Assembly (NCBI GenBank): GCA_028873795.1
Contig: JAPPNP010000014.1
Span: 76,209 to 140,208 of the forward strand
Reading direction: 5' to 3'
DNA from: Chloroflexota bacterium
GTDB lineage: Bacteria > Chloroflexota > UBA11872
DNA length: 64,000 nucleotides
The position numbers and the translations under genes are program-made. The notes beneath the pieces are model-generated. The model saw nothing but the letters and a program-made list of their open reading frames with translations, did not search any database and was not told the DNA's origin. Shown here piece by piece: positions 19,574 through 30,305 of the stretch (the first letter of the stretch is position 1; each line of letters starts with the position of its first letter).

Positions 19574-21406
19574 CTAGTCGGAGGGTGGGGGCTCGTCCTC
19601 GTCGTCACGCACCATCAGGTGCAACTCGGCGAGCTGATCCGGCAGCAGCCGGCCGGGCGCGCCGAGCGTGAGGTCGAAGCCGGCCTGGTTCTTGGGAAAC
19701 ACGGTGACGTCCCGCAGGTTCTCGGTGCCTCCCAGGAGCATCGCCAGCCGGTCGACGCCCATTGCGATGCCGCCGTGCGGCGGTGCGCCGTAGGTGAACG
19801 CTTCCAGCATGTGGCCGATGCTGTCGTCAATCTCAGCCTCGCTGTAGCCCATCACCTGGTAAATGCGCCGCAGGTCTTTGGCTCGATGGGCGCGGATGCT
19901 GCCGCCGCCGATCTCGTGACCGTTGCCGATCAGGTCGTACTGCTTGGACAGGGCGCGTCCCGGATCGCTGTAGAGCAGGTCGAAGGAGTCGTCGGCGGGG
20001 GAGCAGAACGGGTTGTGGCTGAAGGTAAAGCCCCCACTCTCCTTGTCGATCTCGAAGAGCGGAAAGTCGATGATCCAGATGAATGCCAGCTGATTCGGCT
20101 CAATCAAGTCGAGCGCGTGGCCCAGATGCAGACGCAAGGCCCCAAGCGCTTCGGCCACGATTTCGGGAGATCCGGCAACGATGCAGACAAGGTCGCCCTG
20201 GCTCGCTCCGGCATTGCCGGCCGCCGTCCGGAGCGCGTCCTCGTCGAAGAAGCGGCCGAGCGGCGAGCGGATCGAGCCGTCGTCGTTCAGCGCGATGGTG
20301 GCCATGCCCGCCGCCCCGGCTTCCTGCACGATGTCTTGGAGCGCGCTCACCTCGCGCCGCGAATAGCCGGCAACGCCCGGCGCCACCACCGCCTTGACCT
20401 GCCCACCCGCGGCCACGGCGTCGTCGAAGGCGCGGAATCCCCGTCCGGTGACATCCGGTGCCACGTCGACAAGCTCCAGCCCGAATCGCACGTCCGGCTT
20501 GTCGGTGCCGAACCGGCGAATCGCCTCCGCGTGACTGATTCGCGGAAAGGGAACTTCCGCCAGAGCCTGCGATGACAGCTTGCCGACGATCTGCAGATAC
20601 AGGGTTTCGATGAGCTGGAGAACGTCTTCGCGATCCACGAAGGCCATCTCGATATCGAGCTGGGTGTGCTCGAACACCCGGTCCGCGCGCAGGTCCTCGT
20701 CCCGGTAGCAGCGCGCCAGCTGGAAGTAGCGGTCCATTCCCGCCACCATGATCAGCTGCTTCATCTGCTGCGGCGACTGCGGCAGGGCGTAGAAATTGCC
20801 CGGGTGCAGCCGGCTGGGCACAACGAAGTCACGGGAGCCTTCGGGCGTGCTGCGCACGAGAGTTGGCGTTTCGAGCTCCAGGAAATCGCGCGCCCACAGG
20901 TATTCCCGCATTTCGCGCACGATCTCGTGGCGTAGCTCGATCAGCTCACGCAAGCGCCGTCGGCGCAGGTCCAGATACCGATGCCGCAGCCGAACGCTCT
21001 CATCGACGTTCGTCTCCGCCGTGATCTCAAAGGGCGGCGCCTTGGACTCGGCCAGCACCGATACCGTGTGCACGCCCAACTCGATGTCGCCCGTCGCCAG
21101 GTCGGGATTGGCCGTGCCTTCCGGTCGCGCACGAACGTGGCCGCTCACGCTCAGCACGTACTCCGAACGCGCCTGGCCGGCGGCTTCATGGGCATCCGGC
21201 GCTTCGTCGCGGTTGATCACGATCTGCGTGATGCCATAGCGGTCGCGCAGGTCGATAAAGATCAGTCCGCCCTGGTCACGTCGCCGGTGGACCCAGCCGT
21301 TGAGCGTGACGGCCTGCGCCGCGTGCGACAGCCGCAACTCGCCACAGGTGTGGGTTCGCTGGGGCCAGGTAGCACGCAGCGGTGCCGGTCGTTCAGCAGG
21401 AGTCAT
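19574..21406 (-). CDS. aspS: aspartate--tRNA ligase
   Basis: 610 aa; class II aaRS with N-terminal OB anticodon-binding domain and AspRS insertion; full-length match. Confidence 0.95.
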   Translation of the reverse strand: MTPAERPAPLRATWPQRTHTCGELRLSHAAQAVTLNGWVHRRRDQGGLIFIDLRDRYGITQIVINRDEAPDAHEAAGQARSEYVLSVSGHVRARPEGTANPDLATGDIELGVHTVSVLAESKAPPFEITAETNVDESVRLRHRYLDLRRRRLRELIELRHEIVREMREYLWARDFLELETPTLVRSTPEGSRDFVVPSRLHPGNFYALPQSPQQMKQLIMVAGMDRYFQLARCYRDEDLRADRVFEHTQLDIEMAFVDREDVLQLIETLYLQIVGKLSSQALAEVPFPRISHAEAIRRFGTDKPDVRFGLELVDVAPDVTGRGFRAFDDAVAAGGQVKAVVAPGVAGYSRREVSALQDIVQEAGAAGMATIALNDDGSIRSPLGRFFDEDALRTAAGNAGASQGDLVCIVAGSPEIVAEALGALRLHLGHALDLIEPNQLAFIWIIDFPLFEIDKESGGFTFSHNPFCSPADDSFDLLYSDPGRALSKQYDLIGNGHEIGGGSIRAHRAKDLRRIYQVMGYSEAEIDDSIGHMLEAFTYGAPPHGGIAMGVDRLAMLLGGTENLRDVTVFPKNQAGFDLTLGAPGRLLPDQLAELHLMVRDDEDEPPPSD

Positions 21407-21439
21407 GGTGGAGGTTGGTCTGGACGGTGGGAGCTCGGT

Positions 21440-22006
21440 CTACGCTCGACCGCTCGGCGCCATGATCACGCTGAGCACCCGACCGTCCTGCTCCGGCATG
21501 ATGTCGCGTTCCACGACCCCGCTATCGGCCAGGGTCTGCTTGACGCGCTCGAGGATGCGGACGCCGAACTCCGGATGAATCCGTTCGCGAGCGCGAAACC
21601 GAACCGTGGCCTTCACCTTGTTGCCATCCTTGAGGAACCGTTCCAGTCGGCGAATGAGGAATTCGAGGTCGTGCTCGCGCGTGGCCGGGCGGAATCGAAC
21701 TTCCTTGACTGTGCCGGCTTTCTGGCGCTTCTTGCCTTCGCCCTGCTTGCGTGTTTGGTGGTATTTGAACTTGCCATAGTCAAGGATCTTGGCGACCGGT
21801 GGGTGGGCGTCCGGCGATACTTCCACCAAGTCGAGACCGCGCCCGCGAGCCACTGCCAGGGCTTGCTCTGTCGGGACGATTCCTATTTGTTCGCCGGTCT
21901 CGTCGATCAGCCGAACTTCTCGGATGCGGATCTCGTCGTTTACCCGCGGTCCTTTGGGTCGGGTCCGGGGTTCCGCGAATCTATGGTGGGGGGCTCGCAG
22001 AGACAG
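21440..22006 (-). CDS. infC: translation initiation factor IF-3
   Basis: C-terminal domain (GLDLVEVSPDAHPPVAKILDYGKFKY...) lies in the raw ORF; the N-terminal domain (NDEIRIREVRLIDETGEQIGIV) is encoded in frame upstream of the first GTG with no canonical start before the stop at 22031-22033, implying a non-canonical initiator; the 5' boundary is approximate. Confidence 0.85.
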   Translation of the reverse strand: MSLRAPHHRFAEPRTRPKGPRVNDEIRIREVRLIDETGEQIGIVPTEQALAVARGRGLDLVEVSPDAHPPVAKILDYGKFKYHQTRKQGEGKKRQKAGTVKEVRFRPATREHDLEFLIRRLERFLKDGNKVKATVRFRARERIHPEFGVRILERVKQTLADSGVVERDIMPEQDGRVLSVIMAPSGRA

Positions 22007-22138
22007 CTCCTTGCGCCAAAGCGCGTCACGTCAACCAACACTTGGATTAACGCTAGCATATGAGGACCGGGGCATTAGCAATCCCAGGATCGGCCGCATG
22101 CGGCGTCCGGTCCCACCGCTCGAAGGATATAGCCGCGC

Positions 22139-24610
22139 TTGGTTGACACTGGCCAGGCAAGCCTCAGAGGCGGCACACCCCGCCACGACAGCCCCCGCAT
22201 CCACGTTGCCCAGGCGCCGACGGCGCAAGCCGCCCTGGGAGACTTCGCGCTCGTGGTGCAGGGCGGCACGGACAGTCAGGGTCGCGCCTTCGTCAATGCC
22301 GCCACCTCCACCTATTACGCCGCGGAGGCAGACGACATCGCCGCGGCATTGGTGAGCGGCATGCGGCAGGCCTCCTACAGCGTGGCGATGGCGGCGGGCC
22401 CAGGCGAAGCGTCGGCGGTCGTGGGCGCGACCGGGGCCGTCATCGCCGACGGCGTGGTCTACATCGCCCAAATCATGCCCACCCAGGTGTATTTCCTGCG
22501 TAACGGCACGGTCAACGCCCTGCCCAATGAGCGGGACCTCAATACCGACGACGAGTCCGATCTTGACGTGGAGCAGGAAATCGACCTCTTTCGCGCACGG
22601 CTCGAAGACGGCGACTGCCTGGTGCTGGCCTCAACCGACATCAGGCATGAACTCACGGAACGCGAGATCCGCGGCATGCTGCGCCGGCGCACGGCGCAAG
22701 AGTCCGCCTACGACATGTGCGCCCTCATCGCGCAGCGCGGCGGGCAGCGGTGCGAGGTCCTCGTCGTGCAGTTCACCGACATTTCGGCTCGCGGAGTTTC
22801 AGCAATAGATTCCGCCCCACGCGCCACCGGAGACTTGGCCCCCACCGATTCGATAGTGAACGGGGACTCAGCGCCCGTTCACCGGAGTGGACCGGCCGCC
22901 GACGACCTTCGGCCACTCGGTCGAGCGGAGCCGAGCGTGGGGCGACGGCTCGATCCATCGGAGCCGCACGGCTTCAACGACCAGGCCGAGATTGCTCGGG
23001 ATCGCGTGCGGTCGGCGCCGAGGCGCACGCTGGCGCAGCGCATTCTCGCGCTGCCCGTTACGCTCATCACGCTGATTGTCGTGTTGCCGATGGTGGGTGT
23101 ACGTGCGCTGGTCGACCTGGTGTCCGGAAGGGGTCGCCGTGCCCGAAGTCAGCGCGAACCCGCGCATTCGCAGCCGCCGTCCGACCAACTCGACGACGAT
23201 TGGGACAGCCTGCGCGACCTGCGCGCGGCGGGTCCCCGAGCCCAACAGTCTCTGGGCGGTCCCGCCCCGCCCGCGCGTCCACTGGAATACGTAGGCGCTG
23301 ACTTGCAGGGGCATCGCGATCCACTGCTGGTACGCCGCCGGCGTTCGTTTCCAGGACCGGGAACCCTGTTGTTCGCCCTGTCGTTGGCGTTGCTCGTGGT
23401 GATGGCGGTGGTTCTGATCCTGCGCAATTCACCCGCGCCCGCCGACAGCACCCTGGTCGAGACGCCGGAGCCTGCCGGTCCGTCGACGACTGCCACGGTC
23501 ACGCCGGGCGGCTTCCAGCCCATTCCTTCGAGCTCCCGGGCCACGGAGCTACTCACACAGGCCGAAGACCTGTTTCGCGAGGCGCAAGATCGCGGCCCCG
23601 CGGAAGGTCGCGCCGCCACCCTGCTCTTGCTGCGCGACGCCGAAGACCTGGCCAATCAAGCACTGGCCGCAGACACTGCGCGGCTGCTGGTGCAGGACAT
23701 CAACCGCCTGCTTGACGACATCACCCGCGAAGAAGAACGCATCAATCGGGTCTACAAGATCGTTCCAAGCTCGACCATTGACGAGTTTGATAGCGCGGGC
23801 ATTGGCGGCGCGGTGGAGGCCCTGGACGTCCGGCTGGATTCGAAGTACGTGATCGATGCCATTTCGGATCAGCTGCTGTCATACGAGACCGCGCGACAAG
23901 GCGTTTCGCTATTGCGAAAAGGCGATGTCGTGGGGTCGGTTACCGTTCAGGATTTGATCGCGGTTATTGATCGATCGTTAAGCCCAATCGTGATCGACAA
24001 TAGGTACAACATCTTCAGCATCGACGAGAGCGACACGGCGCGCCTGCTGCGGATCACCGGCACGGAGGAGTGGCGCACCCCCGTGGCCTTCGACAACTTC
24101 AACAACAATCTCTATGTCCTGGACCCAGGAGCGAACACGATATTCAAATATCAATGGACGGCCGGCGGATACGAGCTGGGTCCAACCAGCTACTTGGACG
24201 CACGGGACGAGATTGATATCTCGAGTGCCATCGACTTCGCGATTGACGGCGACATCTTTGTCCTATTCGAGGATGGATCGATCCTGAGGTTCCGCGGCGG
24301 CTCGGAAATCGGCTTCACCATTGCGGGTCTTGAGGGTGACGCGTTGCGCGCCTCCCGAATCTTCACGGACCCGGAGTCCGAGAGCCTCTACCTGGCCGAC
24401 GTCGCCAACAAGCGGATCGTCGAGATTGACAAGCGCGAGGGAACGGCCGGGGCATTTGTGCGGCAGTTCAAATACGCCGGCTCGGATGACTTTTTCGGTG
24501 ATATTCGAGGGCTCTGGGTCAGCGAGATCGATGGGCGGCTGATCGTGCTGGGCAAGGACAAGCTGCGCCAGTTCGTGCTGCCGCGCCTGGCCGACGGCGC
24601 CGCAGCCTAA
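22139..24610 (+). CDS. membrane protein with N-terminal degenerate PP2C-like domain, two TM helices and C-terminal NHL/beta-propeller-like repeats
   Basis: 823 aa; the N-terminus resembles the PPM/SpoIIE phosphatase fold but lacks canonical metal-binding Asp motifs (VVQGGTDS instead of DGMGG, ASTDI instead of SDGL); TM segments near residues 290-320 and 395-420; C-terminal repeats (NLYVLDPGANTIFKY, SLYLADVANKRIVEID). Confidence 0.6.
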   Translation: MVDTGQASLRGGTPRHDSPRIHVAQAPTAQAALGDFALVVQGGTDSQGRAFVNAATSTYYAAEADDIAAALVSGMRQASYSVAMAAGPGEASAVVGATGAVIADGVVYIAQIMPTQVYFLRNGTVNALPNERDLNTDDESDLDVEQEIDLFRARLEDGDCLVLASTDIRHELTEREIRGMLRRRTAQESAYDMCALIAQRGGQRCEVLVVQFTDISARGVSAIDSAPRATGDLAPTDSIVNGDSAPVHRSGPAADDLRPLGRAEPSVGRRLDPSEPHGFNDQAEIARDRVRSAPRRTLAQRILALPVTLITLIVVLPMVGVRALVDLVSGRGRRARSQREPAHSQPPSDQLDDDWDSLRDLRAAGPRAQQSLGGPAPPARPLEYVGADLQGHRDPLLVRRRRSFPGPGTLLFALSLALLVVMAVVLILRNSPAPADSTLVETPEPAGPSTTATVTPGGFQPIPSSSRATELLTQAEDLFREAQDRGPAEGRAATLLLLRDAEDLANQALAADTARLLVQDINRLLDDITREEERINRVYKIVPSSTIDEFDSAGIGGAVEALDVRLDSKYVIDAISDQLLSYETARQGVSLLRKGDVVGSVTVQDLIAVIDRSLSPIVIDNRYNIFSIDESDTARLLRITGTEEWRTPVAFDNFNNNLYVLDPGANTIFKYQWTAGGYELGPTSYLDARDEIDISSAIDFAIDGDIFVLFEDGSILRFRGGSEIGFTIAGLEGDALRASRIFTDPESESLYLADVANKRIVEIDKREGTAGAFVRQFKYAGSDDFFGDIRGLWVSEIDGRLIVLGKDKLRQFVLPRLADGAAA

Positions 24611-24630
24611 ACGGACCGCGCATCGTTCGG

Positions 24631-24704
24631 TGGAGCGGGGAACGGGAATCGAACCCGCGTTTTGGGCTTGGGAAGCCCACGTTGGGCCACTCAACTATCC
24701 CCGC
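24631..24704 (-). tRNA. tRNA-Gly (anticodon CCC)
   Basis: The reverse complement folds into a cloverleaf: acceptor GCGGGGA/TCCCCGC, D-arm GTTG-AGTGGCC-CAAC, anticodon arm TGGGC-TTCCCAA-GCCCA (anticodon CCC), T-arm GCGGG-TTCGATT-CCCGT, discriminator T and encoded CCA. Confidence 0.85.
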
Positions 24705-24820
24705 CAGGGTCGCGCCCCGAGCTTCGCCCCCAGCTTCACGCGCACCCGGATCGCCGTCAACTGCGGCCTGTTCGGGTATAGTGCCGCTCGCTGGCTTGGC
24801 GCGGGCGGACCGGCCCACAC

Positions 24821-25783
<963 letters not shown>

Positions 25784-25787
25784 CCAC

Positions 25788-26399
25788 ATGACCGACGGAT
25801 TCCTTGAATTCGCCCTGGCCGTCAGGACTATTGATGGCTGGGGATGGTGCGGCGTCGCGGCCAGCGAGGTGGGCCTGGTGGGCGCAACGCTGGCCCACAA
25901 GCGTGAGGCGGCCTGCGTAACGGCCCTGCAGCAGTCATCCGGCGCCGCCAGCGCCAGATCACGCGGGTCGCAACGCTTGCGGCAACGGCGAGCCGAGCAT
26001 GACCAGTGGCCCGTCGCGGGGCGCGCGGCCTATCAGACGGCCGGCCAGGGCCTGGAAGAGCTGTGGGAGTACCTCACCTCCGGCCGTCAGCGCCTGGACG
26101 TTGCCCTCGACCATCGCGCCGGCACCGATTTCCAGCACCGAACCTGGACGGCAATTCGTGAGGTGCCGTTTGGGGAGACCCGCAGCTACGCCTGGCTGGC
26201 CCGCGCCGTCGGCAGCCCGCATGCCACACGCGCCATCGGCCGTGCGGTTGGATCGAGCCCAAACTTGATCTTCGTGCCGTGCCACCGCATCGTCGGCTCA
26301 CGCGGCCTGGGCGGCTATGTGCGCGGCACTGGCGTGAAACAGAGGCTGCTCGATCACGAGGCGGCCTGGCCGCGCATGCAGCCAATGCTCGGCGCCTAG
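25788..26399 (+). CDS. ogt: methylated-DNA--protein-cysteine methyltransferase
   Basis: Active-site motif PCHRIV and C-terminal HTH of the MGMT family; start chosen at ATG 25788 to avoid overlapping the MoxR end. Confidence 0.8.
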   Translation: MTDGFLEFALAVRTIDGWGWCGVAASEVGLVGATLAHKREAACVTALQQSSGAASARSRGSQRLRQRRAEHDQWPVAGRAAYQTAGQGLEELWEYLTSGRQRLDVALDHRAGTDFQHRTWTAIREVPFGETRSYAWLARAVGSPHATRAIGRAVGSSPNLIFVPCHRIVGSRGLGGYVRGTGVKQRLLDHEAAWPRMQPMLGA

Positions 26400-26472
26400 G
26401 AGACCCTCTCAGAATCCTGTAGGGGCAGCTCTCAGACCCGCCCGACGCCAAGCATCCGGTGCGACTCCAAAT

Positions 26473-26506
26473 CCGACCGAACTGGTTTCCGGCCTCCGCC
26501 GGAATG
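26473..26506. repeat. palindromic repeat module B (TTCCGGCCTCCGCCGGAATGACGGAGGGG)
   Basis: Between convergent ogt and nadC; exact inverse of the copy at 47922-47960; perfect 8-bp stem. Confidence 0.6.
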
Positions 26507-26576
26507 ACGGAGGGGTTGCGCAAGGGTCTGCAAAGGGACGTCCGCCGCCCACCCAACACACGGCCATAGCCGAATC

Positions 26577-27458
26577 TTAGAAGTCCAGCCCGATGTCGAT
26601 GGCGCGGGCCGAGTGCGTGAGCGCTCCGACCGAGATGTCGTGGACGCCCGTCGCGGCATACTCTCGCACGTTTGCCAGCGTCACCCCGCCCGTGACCTCC
26701 AGGCGCACGTCGGCTGTAACCACGGCCACGGATCGCTCAACTTCTGAGACCGACATGTTGTCGAACAGCAGCGCCTGCGCGCCCGCCGTGACGGCCGCCG
26801 CCGCTTCAGCCGCGGTTTCGACCTCAACTTGGATTGCCATGCCTGCCGGCGCCGCGCGCCGGACGCCCGCAATCGCCTCGGCCACGCCGCCGGCGGCGGC
26901 GATGTGGTTGTCCTTGATTAGCACCGCGTCGTAGAGGCCCTGGCGGTGATTCGCGCCGCCTCCCATGCGCACGGCGTATTTCTCCAGGGCGCGCAGCATC
27001 GGCGTCGTCTTGCGCGTATCGAGAATTCGCACGCCGGTCCCGTCGATCGCATCGACGAAGGCCCGGGTCAGCGTGGCGACGCCGCTGAGGCGTTGGAGAA
27101 AGTTGAGCGCCACGCGCTCGCCCGTCAGCATGGCCCCGGTGTGCGCGCGCACCACGGCCGCCACGTCGCCGGCTGCGACCTGTGTCCCGTCGGAGGCCGT
27201 GGCATCCACCTCTGCCGCGGCGTCCAGCTGGCCAAAAACCTCGCGCACCACATCGATACCCGCCACGACCCCGGGCTCGCGATACACGACCCGGGCCTCG
27301 GTGCGGCCAGGCGAATCGACCACGGCAGCGGTCGTGACATCGCCCGCGCCAACGTCTTCGGCCAACGCACGGCGCACAACTTCTTCGATCGTCTCGCGTG
27401 GCAGTTCCGACATGTCCTTCAGACGCTGGGTCGTCGACCGAAACGGCGAATGGGCCAT
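26577..27458 (-). CDS. nadC: nicotinate-nucleotide pyrophosphorylase (carboxylating) / quinolinate phosphoribosyltransferase
   Basis: 293 aa; full-length similarity to the type II PRTase NadC family. Confidence 0.9.
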   Translation of the reverse strand: MAHSPFRSTTQRLKDMSELPRETIEEVVRRALAEDVGAGDVTTAAVVDSPGRTEARVVYREPGVVAGIDVVREVFGQLDAAAEVDATASDGTQVAAGDVAAVVRAHTGAMLTGERVALNFLQRLSGVATLTRAFVDAIDGTGVRILDTRKTTPMLRALEKYAVRMGGGANHRQGLYDAVLIKDNHIAAAGGVAEAIAGVRRAAPAGMAIQVEVETAAEAAAAVTAGAQALLFDNMSVSEVERSVAVVTADVRLEVTGGVTLANVREYAATGVHDISVGALTHSARAIDIGLDF

Positions 27459-27536
27459 CCTAGCCCGCGCCGCAGGCGCCGTCCGACGAACGTGAGAAAG
27501 CCCGCGATTTGGGCTTCGCGTCGGTGCTAGCCTCGC

Positions 27537-28877
27537 TTGACGATGCCCAGCGCGTCAGAGGAAAAGCCGATGAGTCTGCGGCAACTTGCTCTGCCAACGC
27601 TGCTTGCCGGCGCCTTGGCCCTGGTCATCACGGCGTGCGGCGGCGACGGCGCAACGTCCGACATTTCAGCAGGCGAACAGTCGGCGAGCCTCGTTGGACT
27701 GACGACGACCGCCACATTGCCGGCGGCGACCGCGCCGGTTGCGATCCCCGACCCAACGGCGACGGCCACCGCCGTGCCGACGACGCCGGCGGTAACGCTG
27801 ACGCCTGCGGCGACGGCGATGCCCGATACCGCGGAATCCGCCCTCGCCGGCGAAGACCTGCGACGCGCGGTGACCATTCCGGACCTTGTCGACCTGGCTC
27901 GTCCCTCGGTGGTCCACATCGTGACCGAGGTCGCAGCGACCGATGAAGACGAACGGCCCATGCCCGGCGGTGGCGTCGGCACTGGGTTCATCATCAGCGC
28001 CGATGGCTACATCGTCACCAACAACCACGTCGTGGCGGGCGCCGATCGGGTGGTGGTGACGTTCCCGCCTCCCGAGGCCGCGGCGGCTGAGGCGAGCGAT
28101 ACGGAGGGTCCGCCAAGAATGAGTCGCCGCCATCTCGACCATGCGGTGGATGCGGAAATCGTCGGGCTCGACCCCCAAACGGATCTGGCCGTTATCCGCA
28201 TCGACGCGGAAGGGCTCACGCCGCTGCCCCTGGGCAGCTCGGCGGATTTGCGTATTGGCGAAGTGGTGGTTGCCATTGGCCACGCCCTGGACCTTCCCGG
28301 CGGTCCCACCGTCACCGCCGGAGTCGTCAGCTCCCTGGGTCGGGTGCTCACCAACATCGGACCGCAGCGCCTCACGCTTAGCGATCTCATCCAGACCGAC
28401 GCCTCGATCAACCCCGGCAACAGCGGCGGGCCGCTGCTGAATCTCTACGGCGAGGTGGTGGGCGTGAACTCGGCGGGCGCCGGCGCGGCGGAGGGCATCG
28501 GCTTCGCCATCGCCATCGACAACGCCAAGCTGGTGATCGATGCCCTGATCGAAGACGGCGTCGTCACGCGAGGGTTCATGGGCATCCGCTCGGCAACCAT
28601 CACGCCGGCGATCGCGCGACAGTTTGGGCTGCCGGTGAACCATGGCTTGTACATCCAGGCCATCACCGTGGGATCCGGCGCGGACCAATCCGACCTGGAG
28701 GCCGGTGACATCATCGTCGGCATCAATGACGAGTCCGTCGCCGATATCGGCGAACTGGGCCGCATTCTGGCAAAGTACGGTCCAGGCAGTACCGTGACGG
28801 TCTGGTACCTGCGGACGGACGCCGGAGACGAGGCACAACGAACCGAAGTCACGCTTGGCGTGCGGCCCGATCGCTAG
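27537..28877 (+). CDS. HtrA/DegP-family S1C serine protease with PDZ domain, lipoprotein
   Basis: Signal peptide with lipobox LVITAC-GGDG, Thr/Ala/Pro-rich linker, trypsin-like domain (GTGFIIS...TNNHVV, GNSGGPL) and a C-terminal PDZ. Confidence 0.85.
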   Translation: MTMPSASEEKPMSLRQLALPTLLAGALALVITACGGDGATSDISAGEQSASLVGLTTTATLPAATAPVAIPDPTATATAVPTTPAVTLTPAATAMPDTAESALAGEDLRRAVTIPDLVDLARPSVVHIVTEVAATDEDERPMPGGGVGTGFIISADGYIVTNNHVVAGADRVVVTFPPPEAAAAEASDTEGPPRMSRRHLDHAVDAEIVGLDPQTDLAVIRIDAEGLTPLPLGSSADLRIGEVVVAIGHALDLPGGPTVTAGVVSSLGRVLTNIGPQRLTLSDLIQTDASINPGNSGGPLLNLYGEVVGVNSAGAGAAEGIGFAIAIDNAKLVIDALIEDGVVTRGFMGIRSATITPAIARQFGLPVNHGLYIQAITVGSGADQSDLEAGDIIVGINDESVADIGELGRILAKYGPGSTVTVWYLRTDAGDEAQRTEVTLGVRPDR

Positions 28878-28898
28878 CGACCGCCAATAGCCGAACGC

Positions 28899-30296
28899 GT
28901 GGATGTCGCCCGGAGGCGGTTCGCTATTTCCAACCCGCCAATGGCTGAGAACATGTTCGAACGCGCCTCCCGCGAGGCGGCCGAAGCGGAGGCGCCGCTG
29001 GCGGCGCGCATGCGGCCGCGCACACTCGACGAGGTCGTCGGCCAGCGCCATCTGCTGGCGCCCGGCTCCTCGCTCCGTGCCTCCATCGAGCACGACGCCG
29101 TGTGGTCGGCGATCCTGTGGGGGCCTCCGGGAACAGGCAAGACCACCTTGGCGCGGCTGGCCGCGGCCGCCACCCGCCGGCGCTTCATCCAGCTCAGCGC
29201 CGTCACCTCCGGCGTGCGCGATGTCCGAGATGCCGTCACCGGGGCGCGGGAGGCATTGACATACCAGCAGCGCCGCACCGTGGTCTTCATCGACGAGATC
29301 CACCGTTTCAACAAGGCCCAGCAGGACGCGCTTCTGCCCCATGTCGAGGACGGGACCATCGTTCTCTGGGGCGCGACGACGGAGAATCCCTATACCAGCG
29401 TCATCGCGCCTCTGCTGTCGCGCGTGCGGGTGCTGCGGCTCGAACCGCTCTCACGCGATGACTTGCGCGTGATCGTCCAGCGGGCCATCGACGATACGGG
29501 CTGCGGCCTCGGGGGCTCGGGGCTCACGTTCGATTCAACGGCCGTCAACGCCATCGTTGCCGGGGCCGGTGGCGACGCTCGGACGGCGCTGAATTGGACC
29601 GAAGCCGCCGCGTTGCACGCGACCGTGCTCGGTTCGGCGGATGTGGACGCGGAGACCGTGCGCCAAGCCGTGCTCGAACGGGGCGTCCGCTACGACCGCG
29701 CGGGCGATGACCACTTCGACACCATCTCGGCCTTCATCAAGAGCGTCCGCGGTTCCGATCCGGACGCGGCGCTGCTCTGGCTCGGCAAGATGCTGGCAGC
29801 GGGCGAGGCGCCTGAGTTCATCGCCCGGCGTCTGGTGATCCTGGCCTCGGAAGACATTGGCAACGCCGATCCGCACGCGCTGCCATTGGCGACGGCCGCG
29901 GCGGGCGCCGTCGAGCGCGTGGGCCTGCCCGAAGGTCGCTACGCCCTGGCGCAGGCAACCATCTATCTTGCGTGCGCGCCGAAGAGCAACGCCGCCGGAC
30001 GCGCGCTGGATGCCGCGGAGGAGGCAATCGCCGCGGGAGCGAACCTGGAGGTTCCCCCGCATTTGCGCAACACGCCGCCCCGGGGGCCGCACGAGGCGGA
30101 TGCGGACTACCTCTATCCGCACGACTATCCCGACAATTATGTCAATCAGGCGTACGCACCGCCGTCGATGCGAAAACTCCGCTTCTACGACGGTCGCGGG
30201 GCGGGTCAAGAGTCGGAACTCTGGCGACGGCTGCAACAACGCCGGCGCGCCGGTGACCGTGGTTCCGACGCGACCGCGCAAGATCCGGCGAACTAG
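28899..30296 (+). CDS. rarA: replication-associated recombination protein A (AAA+ ATPase)
   Basis: Walker A GPPGTGKTT, AAA+ core and MgsA C-terminal domain; the start may be the internal ATG at 28941. Confidence 0.85.
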   Translation: MDVARRRFAISNPPMAENMFERASREAAEAEAPLAARMRPRTLDEVVGQRHLLAPGSSLRASIEHDAVWSAILWGPPGTGKTTLARLAAAATRRRFIQLSAVTSGVRDVRDAVTGAREALTYQQRRTVVFIDEIHRFNKAQQDALLPHVEDGTIVLWGATTENPYTSVIAPLLSRVRVLRLEPLSRDDLRVIVQRAIDDTGCGLGGSGLTFDSTAVNAIVAGAGGDARTALNWTEAAALHATVLGSADVDAETVRQAVLERGVRYDRAGDDHFDTISAFIKSVRGSDPDAALLWLGKMLAAGEAPEFIARRLVILASEDIGNADPHALPLATAAAGAVERVGLPEGRYALAQATIYLACAPKSNAAGRALDAAEEAIAAGANLEVPPHLRNTPPRGPHEADADYLYPHDYPDNYVNQAYAPPSMRKLRFYDGRGAGQESELWRRLQQRRRAGDRGSDATAQDPAN

Positions 30297-30305
30297 TCGC
30301 CGGCG

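Noticed and set aside
27666-29342. 558-aa minus-strand ORF
   Set aside because: It lies antisense to the HtrA and RarA genes and is a shadow ORF.
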